Below, one piece after another: positions 8,549 to 17,904 of a DNA stretch of 64,000 nt. How positions within the stretch are numbered: the stretch's first letter is position 1; the number at the start of each line of letters is the position of its first letter. The translations under genes and the position numbers were made by a program. Source of the DNA: an uncultured bacterium (GTDB lineage: Bacteria > Patescibacteriota > Minisyncoccia > Phycocordibacterales > UBA6065); contig CBIMES010000002.1 in NCBI GenBank assembly GCA_966243015.1, forward strand, positions 48,518-112,517, read 5' to 3'. The notes below the pieces were generated by a model that saw only the letters and a program-made list of their open reading frames with translations, was not told the origin of the DNA and ran no database searches.

Positions 8549-10096
8549 ATGAAAAAAGCACTACAGATCAGCATCGGAGGGGCCGTCTTCACCATCGAGG
8601 ACGACGCATACACGCGACTCGACGACTATATATCGTCAATCAAGAAGCATTTCGAGGGAACCTCGGGGAGCGACGAGATCATCCGCGACATCGAGAGCCG
8701 CATCGCCGAGCAGCTCGCGGAGACGGGGCGCGCGGCCATTACAGCCGCGGACGTCGAAAGCGTCATCACTTCCATGGGCAGCATCAAGGACTTTGGCGGC
8801 GAGGAGAGCGACGCAGCCGAGGCAAGGACAGAAACCAGGCCAAAGAAGCTCTACCGCAGCTCTGAAGACGTCGTTATCGCGGGCGTTTGCTCGGGACTCG
8901 CGGCGTACTTCGGCATCGACGCGCTCTGGGTCCGCATCGCCTTCATCATCCTCGCCTTCAGCACGGGACTGACCATCATCGCCTACATCGTTCTCTGGAT
9001 CATCATGCCCGAGGCAAAAACACCCGCCCAGAAGCTCGAGATGTCGGGAAGCCCCGTCACCATCGAGACCCTGAGCGAGTCTGTGAAGGAGAAGGTCGAG
9101 GAGGTGCGCGAGAAGCACGGGTCGAGGGTAAAGGATATCCTGCGCGCGCCCTTCGTTTTTGCTGGCCACGTCGTTCGCTTCATCAGGCGACGCATTTTTC
9201 CCCTCATCAGGGTTATCGTCGGAGTAATCCTCGCGGCGACAAGTCTTATCGGCATACTAGCTCTCTCGTTTGTCGCTCCCCTGCTCCTCATCGATGCCGA
9301 CAAGTACGCGGGCCTGCCGCTCTCTGAAATCACGTCGAACTCTCTTATAGCCGTCACGGTCGTCGGCGCCTACTTTGCCCTCGTTATCCCGCTCGCGACG
9401 CTCTTTATTCTCTCGATAGACATCATGAGGAGAAAGACCGTCATGACCGCGGGCATCGCCCTTGCCCTGCTCTTCCTCTGGTGCGCGGCCCTCGTGAGCG
9501 GATCGGTGTCGGGATTCATGTCAGCCGAGCGGATTGACTCGTACACCCGAACGCACGAGCTGTACGAGAAAAGCGTCAAAGAGATGCCTGTGAGCGCCGC
9601 GACAAAAAACGTCCGAGTCGAGAACGGCATGCGCCTCACTTTCGTTCAGGGCGCAGACGCGGCGCTCACGGTGTCCGGTCAAACAAAGTCACTGGAAAGC
9701 GCTCGAATTTTGGAGGAGGGAGACGCCATCGTCATCCGCAGGGACCGACCGAGCTCGTTCTGCATCTTCTGCCCCTCGGCGCCAATCGAGGCAACCCTCA
9801 CCCTTCCCTCCCTCGAATCCCTCTCCGCGGGCAACGGGTCGCGCGCCGACGTTCGATCGCTCACAAGCTCGTCGAAGGTATCATTCTCGTTCGACAACGG
9901 GTCACGGGGAATCCTGTCAGTGACGGCACCAGAAATCACGATCGAGGCGCGCAACGGATCGCGGGTTGATGCGAGCGGCGCGGCCGCGACAGGAACCATC
10001 GTCGCGTCGTACGGAAGCTCCGTTGACGCAACCAGCCTCTCCCTCACCCAGATGGTCACCGACGCCACCTACGGTTCAAGCATAGAGCTCCCATAG
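8549..10096 (+). CDS. PspC-domain membrane protein with C-terminal DUF2807/GIN-like beta-helix
   Basis: N-terminal EIIRDIESRIAE; PspC motif KKLYRS.ED..IAGVCSGLAAYFGID; C-terminal NGS/YGS repeats. Confidence 0.85.
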   Translation: MKKALQISIGGAVFTIEDDAYTRLDDYISSIKKHFEGTSGSDEIIRDIESRIAEQLAETGRAAITAADVESVITSMGSIKDFGGEESDAAEARTETRPKKLYRSSEDVVIAGVCSGLAAYFGIDALWVRIAFIILAFSTGLTIIAYIVLWIIMPEAKTPAQKLEMSGSPVTIETLSESVKEKVEEVREKHGSRVKDILRAPFVFAGHVVRFIRRRIFPLIRVIVGVILAATSLIGILALSFVAPLLLIDADKYAGLPLSEITSNSLIAVTVVGAYFALVIPLATLFILSIDIMRRKTVMTAGIALALLFLWCAALVSGSVSGFMSAERIDSYTRTHELYEKSVKEMPVSAATKNVRVENGMRLTFVQGADAALTVSGQTKSLESARILEEGDAIVIRRDRPSSFCIFCPSAPIEATLTLPSLESLSAGNGSRADVRSLTSSSKVSFSFDNGSRGILSVTAPEITIEARNGSRVDASGAAATGTIVASYGSSVDATSLSLTQMVTDATYGSSIELP

Positions 10097-10116
10097 ACCG
10101 TGGTATAATCGTCCGC

Positions 10117-10584
10117 ATGAAGAAAAAAATAGCAATAGCTGCCGCCGCATTTGCGGCAATCGCCGGAATCACGGCCTACGTCGTCTGGTTCGTCCAGGAC
10201 AAGGACGACGTCCAGGTGGCAAACGTTAACCCCTGCTCGGTCGACGTGAGCGCGCTTATCGTCAAAGACCCCGAGATGCTTCTCAAGACCGACGAGGACA
10301 TCACGCGAGCCGTATTCACCAACTATTTCGACAAGTACAAGAGCGTCCCCGAGTGCCCTCAGGCCGGGATCAAGAACCACAACCTCGCCTCGATCGCGAC
10401 CACCACGCGCGACGGCAATCACATTCTCGCGGAAATAACCTTCGATCTCGAGCCGATCGATCTCGAGAAGACCGAATGGAAGACGCCGGAGGCGACCATC
10501 GACGGCACCTGGGTCAAAGGAAAGAAGGGCACGCTCAGCATTCAGAAGTACGAGGAGGAAAACTCATACTTCCTGGTTCTCTAG
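10117..10584 (+). CDS. Membrane-anchored hypothetical protein
   Basis: N-terminal TM; TATAAT 7 nt upstream; terminator downstream. Confidence 0.75.
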   Translation: MKKKIAIAAAAFAAIAGITAYVVWFVQDKDDVQVANVNPCSVDVSALIVKDPEMLLKTDEDITRAVFTNYFDKYKSVPECPQAGIKNHNLASIATTTRDGNHILAEITFDLEPIDLEKTEWKTPEATIDGTWVKGKKGTLSIQKYEEENSYFLVL

Positions 10585-10661
10585 GAACAGTCACTCAGTT
10601 CAGGAAGCCGCCGCCAGGCGGTTTTCTTGTCGTTGTCCCGCACTTCAGACCTCGGGCTATA

Positions 10662-10678
10662 ATGCAAATGAGTTGCAT
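10662..10678. promoter_or_regulatory. Putative Fur/Zur-type operator
   Basis: ATGCAAATGAGTTGCAT inverted repeat overlapping TATAAT upstream of the ZIP gene; same motif at 54907..54923. Confidence 0.65.
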
Positions 10679-10724
10679 ATAATTCTGCGTCGCGCTATAC
10701 TCGTCATCACAACAACGAACAACT

Positions 10725-11537
10725 ATGATACCCGTACTCATCGCCGCCTTCGTCATCATGCTCGCGTCCCTCTCGGGAATCCTCTTTGTGTGGAAGAGGC
10801 TCGGCAGATGGACGGAGAGCAACATCCGCTATCTCGCCACCTGCTCTATCGGAGTTTTCACGGTCATCATCGTCGGGCTCTTCGGCGAGGCCCTCGAGCA
10901 CCAGAGCGCGTGGAACGTCGCCCTCTACGCCCTCGCGGGGCTTGCGGCCATCAGCATCACCGTCAAGCTCATCCCCAACGCCCACCACCATCACGAGGGC
11001 GGCGACCACGATCACTCCCCCATCGACGCCCGACGCATGCTCCTCGGCGACGCGGTGCACAACATAGGGGACGGCCTGCTCCTCGTACCCGCCTTTGCCG
11101 CCGACCTTCACGCGGGCATCGCCGCCTCCATCGCCATCTTCTTCCACGAGTTCGTGCAGGAAACCTCAGAGTTCTTTGTACTCAAGCAGGCAGGGTACTC
11201 AACCGGGCAGGCGCTCGCCAAGAACTTCCTCGTATCGTCAACCATTCTCGTCGGAGTCGCCCTTTCGCTGGCCCTCTCTTCTGTAGACGGCCTTGCCGAC
11301 GCGCTCGTGCCGTTTGCCGCGGGCGGCTTCCTCTACGTCGTCCTTCGAGACCTCGTGCCGCACACCGTTGGCTCCATACAAAGGCACGGCAAACCGCACC
11401 TCCACCTCGGCAGCCTTATCCTGGGAGCGGCCATTATGATCCTCGTAACCCTCCTCGCACCCCACTCCCACGAGGAAGGAGACACTCACGCCGACGAATT
11501 GCCGAAGGCCGGGGAACGTGCTTTAATGGGGTCCTAG
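10725..11537 (+). CDS. ZIP-family metal (zinc) transporter
   Basis: His-rich loop HHHHEGGDHDH, GDAVHNIGDG, HEFVQE motifs; about 8 TM helices. Confidence 0.92.
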   Translation: MIPVLIAAFVIMLASLSGILFVWKRLGRWTESNIRYLATCSIGVFTVIIVGLFGEALEHQSAWNVALYALAGLAAISITVKLIPNAHHHHEGGDHDHSPIDARRMLLGDAVHNIGDGLLLVPAFAADLHAGIAASIAIFFHEFVQETSEFFVLKQAGYSTGQALAKNFLVSSTILVGVALSLALSSVDGLADALVPFAAGGFLYVVLRDLVPHTVGSIQRHGKPHLHLGSLILGAAIMILVTLLAPHSHEEGDTHADELPKAGERALMGS

Positions 11538-11558
11538 CCATTTAAGCATTCACTCAAT

Positions 11559-12071
11559 TTGATTAAAGACAGAATTCGCGTCAATCACCAGATTAAGGCA
11601 CCTCAGGTCCGCGTCATCGGCGCCGAGGGCGAGAACGTTGGCGTAATTTCTATCAGCGAGGCCCTCTCCATGGCCCACGCAGCGGGTCTCGACCTCATCG
11701 AGATCTCGCCTAACGCCCAGCCACCCGTAGCCAAGATCATGGACTACGGCAAGTTCCAGTACGAGGAGAGCAAGAAGCAGAAGGCCGCAAAGGCAAAGTC
11801 CCACACCGTCGAGATCAAGAGCCTCCAGGTTAAGATCGGCACCGGAGACCACGACCTCGCCCTCAAGGCAAAAAAAGCCTCAGAGTGGCTCAAGGAGGGT
11901 CAGAGAATCAAAATCGACCTCTTCCTCCCTGGTAGGTCAAAGTATATGGACCCCAAGTTCCTCGAGGAGCGCCTTCAGCGCATCTTGACCCTCATCAGCG
12001 AGGAGTACAAGATCGCCGAGAAGCCCCAGAAGAGCCCGAAAGGCCTCACCACCATCATCGAGCGAGCCTAG
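11559..12071 (+). CDS. infC: Translation initiation factor IF-3 (TTG or ATT start)
   Basis: RVNHQIKAPQVRVI, PPVAKIMDYGKFQYE; non-ATG start typical of infC. Confidence 0.95.
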   Translation: MIKDRIRVNHQIKAPQVRVIGAEGENVGVISISEALSMAHAAGLDLIEISPNAQPPVAKIMDYGKFQYEESKKQKAAKAKSHTVEIKSLQVKIGTGDHDLALKAKKASEWLKEGQRIKIDLFLPGRSKYMDPKFLEERLQRILTLISEEYKIAEKPQKSPKGLTTIIERA

Positions 12072-12193
12072 GCCTCCAAGGTTCGCAAAAATACAACACT
12101 CTTGCATAATGTGCAAGAGTGTTGTATTAATAAGGCAAAAGATCTTCGCCATTCCGGCCAAGACCTCTCAACCCACAAAAACGAAAGGTTTGG

Positions 12194-12820
12194 ATGAAAC
12201 GCGTAATCGCTCTTATCGTGGCGTTCGTCGCCACTGCCCTGCCCCTCATATCGGCGCAGGCATACCGCTATGACTTTTCGGGGACTATCGAGGAATCGAG
12301 CTACCCGACAAGCCTCCCGACGGGCACCTTATTCTCCGGGCACATCACCGTTGACTGGGACCTCCTCACGGAAATAACCTTCTTCAATGATGCGGCTTCG
12401 TCGATACAGGCAACCATAACCGGGGGAGATCTTACGGTCGGCGGCTACGATTACGACTTTATCGTCGCCTCCGCGGGGTTTAGCTTCCAGATATACTTCG
12501 GACCGGCTGACCCTGATCTCCGGTTTGACGGGTTCAGGGATACCGGAGACTCGGGGCTCACCCTCCCCGGTGCAACCGAGCCGTTCTCCTACGTATCGGG
12601 AGGAGAGATTCCCCAAAGCCTCGTCCTTGGCGAATTTCTCGCCGGCGGAACCCTGGTGATCGCGGCAGTAGACCAGGACACCTGGGAAAGCGCCTCGGCG
12701 ACAGGTTCGATAGCCCTCACGTCGGCAACCGCCATACCCGAGCCCTCAGCGGCGGGCGCCTTGGCAGGGATCCTGGCCGCCATGATTGCCGTAGGCGTCA
12801 GGGACAGAAGAAGGGCCTAA
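12194..12820 (+). CDS. Secreted PEP-CTERM sorting-domain protein inserted between infC and rpmI
   Basis: Signal peptide; C-terminal AIPEPS + TM + RDRRRA; paralog of 1641..2246. Confidence 0.85.
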   Translation: MKRVIALIVAFVATALPLISAQAYRYDFSGTIEESSYPTSLPTGTLFSGHITVDWDLLTEITFFNDAASSIQATITGGDLTVGGYDYDFIVASAGFSFQIYFGPADPDLRFDGFRDTGDSGLTLPGATEPFSYVSGGEIPQSLVLGEFLAGGTLVIAAVDQDTWESASATGSIALTSATAIPEPSAAGALAGILAAMIAVGVRDRRRA

Positions 12821-12977
12821 AACCCCCTCACACAGGGCCGCTGGAACAAAAACCGGCGGCCTTTTACTTTCATCCGGAAAAAAGCTGATGAATACTGGAC
12901 AAAAAGCCATAATCTGGTAGACTGTCCCCTAACAGCCTTCGGGCTTTTAATTTTTCCCAGAACACGGGAAGCAAGCT

Positions 12978-13166
12978 ATGAAAACCAACAAATCATTCGC
13001 AAAGAGGCTCAAGGTAACCAGGAACGGCAAGATTCTTGGCCGAAAGACTGGTCAGAACCACTTCAACGCTAAAGAGAGCGGCCGAAAGCAGCTCAAGAAG
13101 AGCGGCACCGTCCCTTTCCACATGACCCCAAAGGAGAAGGCTCGCTTCCTCTCGAACCTTATCTAG
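12978..13166 (+). CDS. rpmI: 50S ribosomal protein L35
   Basis: MKTNKSFAKRLKVT..GK; upstream of rplT. Confidence 0.93.
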   Translation: MKTNKSFAKRLKVTRNGKILGRKTGQNHFNAKESGRKQLKKSGTVPFHMTPKEKARFLSNLI

Positions 13167-13197
13167 TCCCCTTTTATAATCCCCTTACACCAACACC

Positions 13198-13545
13198 ATG
13201 GCACGAGTAAAGAAAGCAGTTAACGCCCTCAAGACCCGACGAAACGTCCTTCGAGCGGCAAAGGGCTACCGATTCCAGCGATCGAAGACCGAGCGAGCGG
13301 CAAACGACGCCCTCTCACACGCAGGCGCATACGCCTTCGCTCACCGACGAGACAAGAAGGGCGATCGACGAAGCTTCAACATCATCAAGATCAACGCCGC
13401 CCTCGACGCACAGGGCCTCTCGTACAGCAAGTTCATGGGCATGGTCAAGAAGCAGAACATCATCGTTGACCGAAAGATCCTCGCGATTCTCGCAGAGCAC
13501 AACCCAGAGACCTTCGACCGCATCGTAAAGAAGGTAACGGCGTAA
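13198..13545 (+). CDS. rplT: 50S ribosomal protein L20
   Basis: MARVK, AKGY, SYSKFM...DRKILA. Confidence 0.95.
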   Translation: MARVKKAVNALKTRRNVLRAAKGYRFQRSKTERAANDALSHAGAYAFAHRRDKKGDRRSFNIIKINAALDAQGLSYSKFMGMVKKQNIIVDRKILAILAEHNPETFDRIVKKVTA

Positions 13546-13593
13546 GCCACAGAAAAACCGCCCCATGGGGCGGTTTTTCTTTTGCCTTTTGAC

Positions 13594-13818
13594 CTATATT
13601 CCCATCTCCCTGAGAATACGGGCTCGGTCCTCAGGGGTCGTGGTCGGACGGGCCGCCTCGAGCTCGCCCACCACGCGCTGCCTCTCAGGTGACTGAGGAA
13701 GCTTGTCCGGGGCAAACGACTCGGACGCCACCTCCACCCTCTTGGTCATGGACCAGGAATAGGCCCAGATACCTGCCGCCACAAGACCGAGAACTATAAG
13801 TATAATTACTTTCCTCAT
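13594..13818 (-). CDS. Small membrane-anchored hypothetical protein
   Basis: N-terminal TM; co-oriented and closely spaced with upstream genes. Confidence 0.65.
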   Translation of the reverse strand: MRKVIILIVLGLVAAGIWAYSWSMTKRVEVASESFAPDKLPQSPERQRVVGELEAARPTTTPEDRARILREMGI

Positions 13819-13830
13819 GAAAGAGTCGTA

Positions 13831-14772
13831 TTACGGCTTGTAGCAGAACAGGAACGAGTGGTCGACGAGAGAACTTCCGTTTCCGCTGTAATAGACTCTT
13901 TTCTGAAGAACCCCGTTAACCGCATCACAACCCGAATCACCGTTATTTCCGGTCACAGGATTGCTATAAGGGTTGTAACCTCCGCCCCACATGCCATAAA
14001 ACTGCTGTTGCACTGGTATAGAGAGATTCGTCGTATAGCAATACCAGAGTGGGTAATCCACGTCGGTCTTTCCCGCAACCTGCTTTGCGGTATACCCCGT
14101 CGGGCAGGCCTTGGTGTTGCCCGCGAGCGGGTTGGTGTACGTTGACGAGTTGTATGTGTTTCCACTAGTCCAACCGTATCCGTACATACCACCAAATTCA
14201 GCGACCTTTGAGACGTTGGCCGAAGATCCTACACAAACCCAGACGCTGTAGTCGTAATCAGTCCTTCCGAGAACCTTATAGGGGGCATATCCCGTCGGGC
14301 AGGCCTTGGTGTTGCCCGCGAGCGGGTTGGTGTAGTTTGAAGATCCGCCACCGTACATGCCTCCGAAGTAGTACTCGATTTCGGTCGTAGGGTCCTCGCA
14401 GACAGCCTGACCATTCGCGTCAATTCCTCGAAGGAACTCGCCTGGAGGGCACGTTATGGAAGTGGAAACTGGCCACGCATCGAGGCAGACCTCGTTAAGG
14501 CATATGTCGCCCGCAATAGCGAGAGTCGACGGCATCGACGAGGAACCCACTTTCACAGGACCATCAAAGAACGCATCGAGCATTGATCGGAAGCCGTTAG
14601 TCACAAGGCCGCCCGACTTGGTCTGTGTGATCGAGCTCACGTTGATGGGCGCCGGTGCGTCACCCGCCGGAGGAGTTGACGAGGGTGCCGTCCATGCCTG
14701 AATCGAGATTGCGCTTCCCAGAAGAAGCGAGAGGCAGAACATTGCGTAGAATATCGAGCTCTTTGTTTTCAT
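13831..14772 (-). CDS. Secreted Cys-rich protein with FGGMY..NPL..CPTGY repeats
   Basis: Signal peptide then WTAPSSTPP.G...APIN (common in Parcubacteria secreted proteins); three internal repeats. Confidence 0.8.
   Translation of the reverse strand: MKTKSSIFYAMFCLSLLLGSAISIQAWTAPSSTPPAGDAPAPINVSSITQTKSGGLVTNGFRSMLDAFFDGPVKVGSSSMPSTLAIAGDICLNEVCLDAWPVSTSITCPPGEFLRGIDANGQAVCEDPTTEIEYYFGGMYGGGSSNYTNPLAGNTKACPTGYAPYKVLGRTDYDYSVWVCVGSSANVSKVAEFGGMYGYGWTSGNTYNSSTYTNPLAGNTKACPTGYTAKQVAGKTDVDYPLWYCYTTNLSIPVQQQFYGMWGGGYNPYSNPVTGNNGDSGCDAVNGVLQKRVYYSGNGSSLVDHSFLFCYKP
14096..14334. repeat. 44-nt perfect intragenic direct repeat (14096..14139 and 14291..14334)
   Basis: CCCGTCGGGCAGGCCTTGGTGTTGCCCGCGAGCGGGTTGGTGTA occurs twice and encodes YTNPLAGNTKACPTG. 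Confidence 0.9.
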
Positions 14773-14821
14773 CTTTATTTCCTTAAATTTGCTTGTATCA
14801 ATAATAACACCGATCGGGATT

Positions 14822-16057
14822 CTATATCTCCTCGAATCGAGCGCTGACTGGCGACTGCTTTATCCTGTACACCTTCGTCCTCGACGGCACCCCGTCCCCT
14901 GTCGCGTTCAAGGTTACGTAATACCACGTGCAGTTGATAGGGACATTCTCCGCCGAGCATGCGTTCACGATCTTCCTGTTAACCCTGAGCTTGAAAGTGG
15001 TTACCCCGTTGTACGGAAGGGTTATCGAACCCGGCGTCTCGGTGAACCCAGAGGTTCCGAGGGCGTACTCTATCGTCGTGCTCGCCGGAAGTGCCGAGGA
15101 AAGACCTCCGAACGAGATATCAACATCGCCCGTGTATCCGCCGTAGGAAACCACGGTGATTTTCTTGGTCTCGGAATCAGAGCCCGCGTCGCCAATCGTC
15201 TGAAGCTTGATGTCCTCGGGACCTCCGATGCTGAAGCCTGGCTGCTGGATGAGGACCGTGAATGAGGCGGTCTGCGTATTTGAATAGCCCGAGCCGTTCT
15301 GGCAGCTGAACTGATACGTGTAGGAACCGTTCGTGAGAGGACCCGTCATCGCGGACGAGCTGGTCGCGATGCCCGTGACCGTGGTAAAGGCGGTTCCGCC
15401 CGAAGAGGTCTTTGAAAGCGTACATGACGTGCCCACAGGCAGGTCAGACACCGTCCAGGCAAGGGAGACGTTTGATCCGTACTCGATGTCGGTCCTATCC
15501 TTTATGCTGAGTCCGCCCAGAAGCGCGTCAAACGAGACACCGGGGAATCCCGTGGCTATCTGCACGCCGCCGACGCCGGCAAAGTTCACCCAGCCCACGA
15601 CGTCACTGCCCCACGCAAAACCGACGAGACTTGGACCAGACTGGCTTATGCCGTATCCTGTACCAGCCATGCTGATCCAGCCGTCCCAGCCATAGCCGTT
15701 CGCGGACGTCGCCTTTGCCCAACCAACGATGTCAGAGCCGACCAACTTGGCATTGACGGCCTGGGTTCCGTCACCCGTCGGGAAGCCGGAGAGGCCGCCG
15801 AACTGAATCCAGCCGATATTCGGGGACCAGGCGTATCCAGAGAGATCGCCCGTGCTCGGGTTTATATTAACGCCGTAATTAACCGGCGACGCCTGCACGC
15901 CCGCAGCAGACTCGTCATGGTCGTTCGTCGAGTTGAAACTGATCCAGCCGATATTAGAAGACCACGCAAAACCCGAGAGGTTATGCTCACTGCCCGCACT
16001 CGCAAGAAAAGGGGAGAAAAGAAGGGCGAGGGCGAAGAACAAAATACTTTTTCTCAT
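14822..16057 (-). CDS. Secreted protein with G(Y/F)AWS..IGWI repeats and Ig-like C-terminus
   Basis: Signal peptide; LSGFAWSSNIGWISF / LSGYAWSPNIGWIQF / LVGFAWGSDVVGWVNF repeats typical of CPR surface proteins. Confidence 0.8.
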   Translation of the reverse strand: MRKSILFFALALLFSPFLASAGSEHNLSGFAWSSNIGWISFNSTNDHDESAAGVQASPVNYGVNINPSTGDLSGYAWSPNIGWIQFGGLSGFPTGDGTQAVNAKLVGSDIVGWAKATSANGYGWDGWISMAGTGYGISQSGPSLVGFAWGSDVVGWVNFAGVGGVQIATGFPGVSFDALLGGLSIKDRTDIEYGSNVSLAWTVSDLPVGTSCTLSKTSSGGTAFTTVTGIATSSSAMTGPLTNGSYTYQFSCQNGSGYSNTQTASFTVLIQQPGFSIGGPEDIKLQTIGDAGSDSETKKITVVSYGGYTGDVDISFGGLSSALPASTTIEYALGTSGFTETPGSITLPYNGVTTFKLRVNRKIVNACSAENVPINCTWYYVTLNATGDGVPSRTKVYRIKQSPVSARFEEI

Positions 16058-16070
16058 GGCCTAAATTGTA

Positions 16071-17441
16071 TCAGAGAAAATACTCGATGTCCCTCTCGGG
16101 AACCACGGCATTCGCACCGAGCTCGCTGCGAAGCCTCTGCGCGAGGAAAGCCGAGGACTTATTCTCCCCCATCGCCACGAACACCTTCCTGATCTTGGGA
16201 AGGGCGTGGCCTACGAAATCGACGAGATTATCAGAGTCCTTGTGAGACGAGTAACCACTGATTTTCTCGATGCGGGCGCGAACGCGCACCTTTGCGCCGT
16301 CGATTGTGACGCTGGGGCGCTTATCCTCAATCTGTCTTCCAATAGAACCGGCAACCTGATATCCCACGAGAAGGATTGTCGATTTCGGGTCATCGAGGAA
16401 CGAAGTCTCGGGATGAAGTACCCTGCCGCCGACCGACATGCCCGAACCGGCGATAATAATCTTTGGCCCCTTCATGCGATCAATCGTCTGAGACTCCTGA
16501 TGGTCCCGCACGATTCTGAGTCCAGGAAAATTGAAGATGTCGTCCCCTGCCCTGATAACGCCCTGAGTCTTATCGTTGAACTCCTCGATATGGGCGCGAT
16601 ACACGTCAGTGACCTTGATGGCGAGCGGCGAGTCAAGGAACACCGGCACACGCGGCAGGACGTTCGACTCAATGAGATTGTTGATTTCGTAGAGAATAAT
16701 CTGAGTTCTCTCGATGGAAAAGGCCGGAATCACCACCGTGCCGCCCTTCTGAAGGGTCTCGAGGACGATCGACTTGAGGCGAGCGCTGCGCACATCCTTC
16801 GGCTCGTGGTTCCTGTCGCCATAGACACTCTCCATGACCATGTAATCGGCGTCCGTCACGAACTCCGTGTCACGGAGGAGCGGCGTCGGCGAGTTCCCAA
16901 GGTCGCCCGTAAAGGCAATTTTTGTCTTCTTATCCCCCTCCCCGAGGGTTACCTCGATGATGGCTGAGCCGAGAATGTGCCCCGCGTCCTTCCAGTACAG
17001 AGACACCTCTGGGGCGAGCTGGAACGTCTCGTGATACTCAATCGTCTTCCAGAGCGAGAGGGCGCGCGCAACATCCTCCTTCTCGTACATAGGATCAAGA
17101 CCAGACTGACGAGCCTCGCGGGCAATAAGGGCCTGGGCGTCCTCAAGCATGAGGGCAGCGAGCTCCTTGGTCTCGACGGTCGAGTAGATGACGCCCGCAA
17201 AGCCAGCGCGGACGAGCTTGGGTATGCGGCCAATGTGATCCATGTGCGCATGGGTCACGAGCAGGTAATCAATCTTCGCCGGATCATAGGCAAACTCGGC
17301 ACGATTCTCCTCCATGGCGTAACGAGAGCCCTGAATAAGGCCGCAGTCCACGAGAATCAAGAGTTTCGGGGTCTTGAGCAGGAAGTTGGCGCCCGTGGCG
17401 TTACCCACCCCACTACAACATGTCAGGCTATAGTTACTCAT
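16071..17441 (-). CDS. MBL-fold beta-CASP ribonuclease (Ysh1/YhcG-like)
   Basis: THAHMDHIG, AGHILGS, FTGDLG, MESVYGDR, SSHKD. Confidence 0.92.
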   Translation of the reverse strand: MSNYSLTCCSGVGNATGANFLLKTPKLLILVDCGLIQGSRYAMEENRAEFAYDPAKIDYLLVTHAHMDHIGRIPKLVRAGFAGVIYSTVETKELAALMLEDAQALIAREARQSGLDPMYEKEDVARALSLWKTIEYHETFQLAPEVSLYWKDAGHILGSAIIEVTLGEGDKKTKIAFTGDLGNSPTPLLRDTEFVTDADYMVMESVYGDRNHEPKDVRSARLKSIVLETLQKGGTVVIPAFSIERTQIILYEINNLIESNVLPRVPVFLDSPLAIKVTDVYRAHIEEFNDKTQGVIRAGDDIFNFPGLRIVRDHQESQTIDRMKGPKIIIAGSGMSVGGRVLHPETSFLDDPKSTILLVGYQVAGSIGRQIEDKRPSVTIDGAKVRVRARIEKISGYSSHKDSDNLVDFVGHALPKIRKVFVAMGENKSSAFLAQRLRSELGANAVVPERDIEYFL

Positions 17442-17847
17442 TGATTTTTTCTGATTCAGACGCCTTCATAAGCCGACCGAAAACGCCCACCGTCGCCACG
17501 GCTCCGAGGGTATCCATAACGAGATCGAGAAGAGTGTCGGCCGCGTACCCCGCCATCGCCGGATCAGAGAAGCGGAAAATAATTTCATACACCTCCCACA
17601 GCACGCCCACGACGATGGTGAGAAGCACGACTGACACAAGGGACATGCGAGCCTTGAAGAAGCGGGAGAACGGCATCTCGAGAAGCCACAGCGCCGCCAA
17701 GGCGACCCACGCACCACCGAGGAAATGCATCATGATGTCAAACCACGGCACGGTCCAGTAATAAAAGAGGTCAGAGGCGATCCAGTGCAGGGCGGCCACC
17801 ACGACCAGAAGCACGAAAGACGGAAAGAAGTATCTGTTCCAAAGCAT
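17434..17847 (-). CDS. Membrane hypothetical protein (VanZ/DUF2238-like)
   Basis: WFDIMMHFLGG, LWEVYE, DTLLDLVMDTLG; four TM helices. Confidence 0.75.
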   Translation of the reverse strand: MLWNRYFFPSFVLLVVVAALHWIASDLFYYWTVPWFDIMMHFLGGAWVALAALWLLEMPFSRFFKARMSLVSVVLLTIVVGVLWEVYEIIFRFSDPAMAGYAADTLLDLVMDTLGAVATVGVFGRLMKASESEKINE

Positions 17848-17904
17848 GAGCAAAGTATATCACGCACAGACAAAACCCCACCGCGGCGATGCGGTGGGGT
17901 TCTC

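Noticed and set aside
11559-11564. infC pseudogene (no ATG start)
   Set aside because: A non-canonical TTG/ATT start is the established autoregulatory feature of infC.
14096-14334. Diversity-generating retroelement TR/VR pair
   Set aside because: The 44-nt copies are identical, in frame within one gene, have no adenine-specific mismatches, and no reverse transcriptase is in the window.
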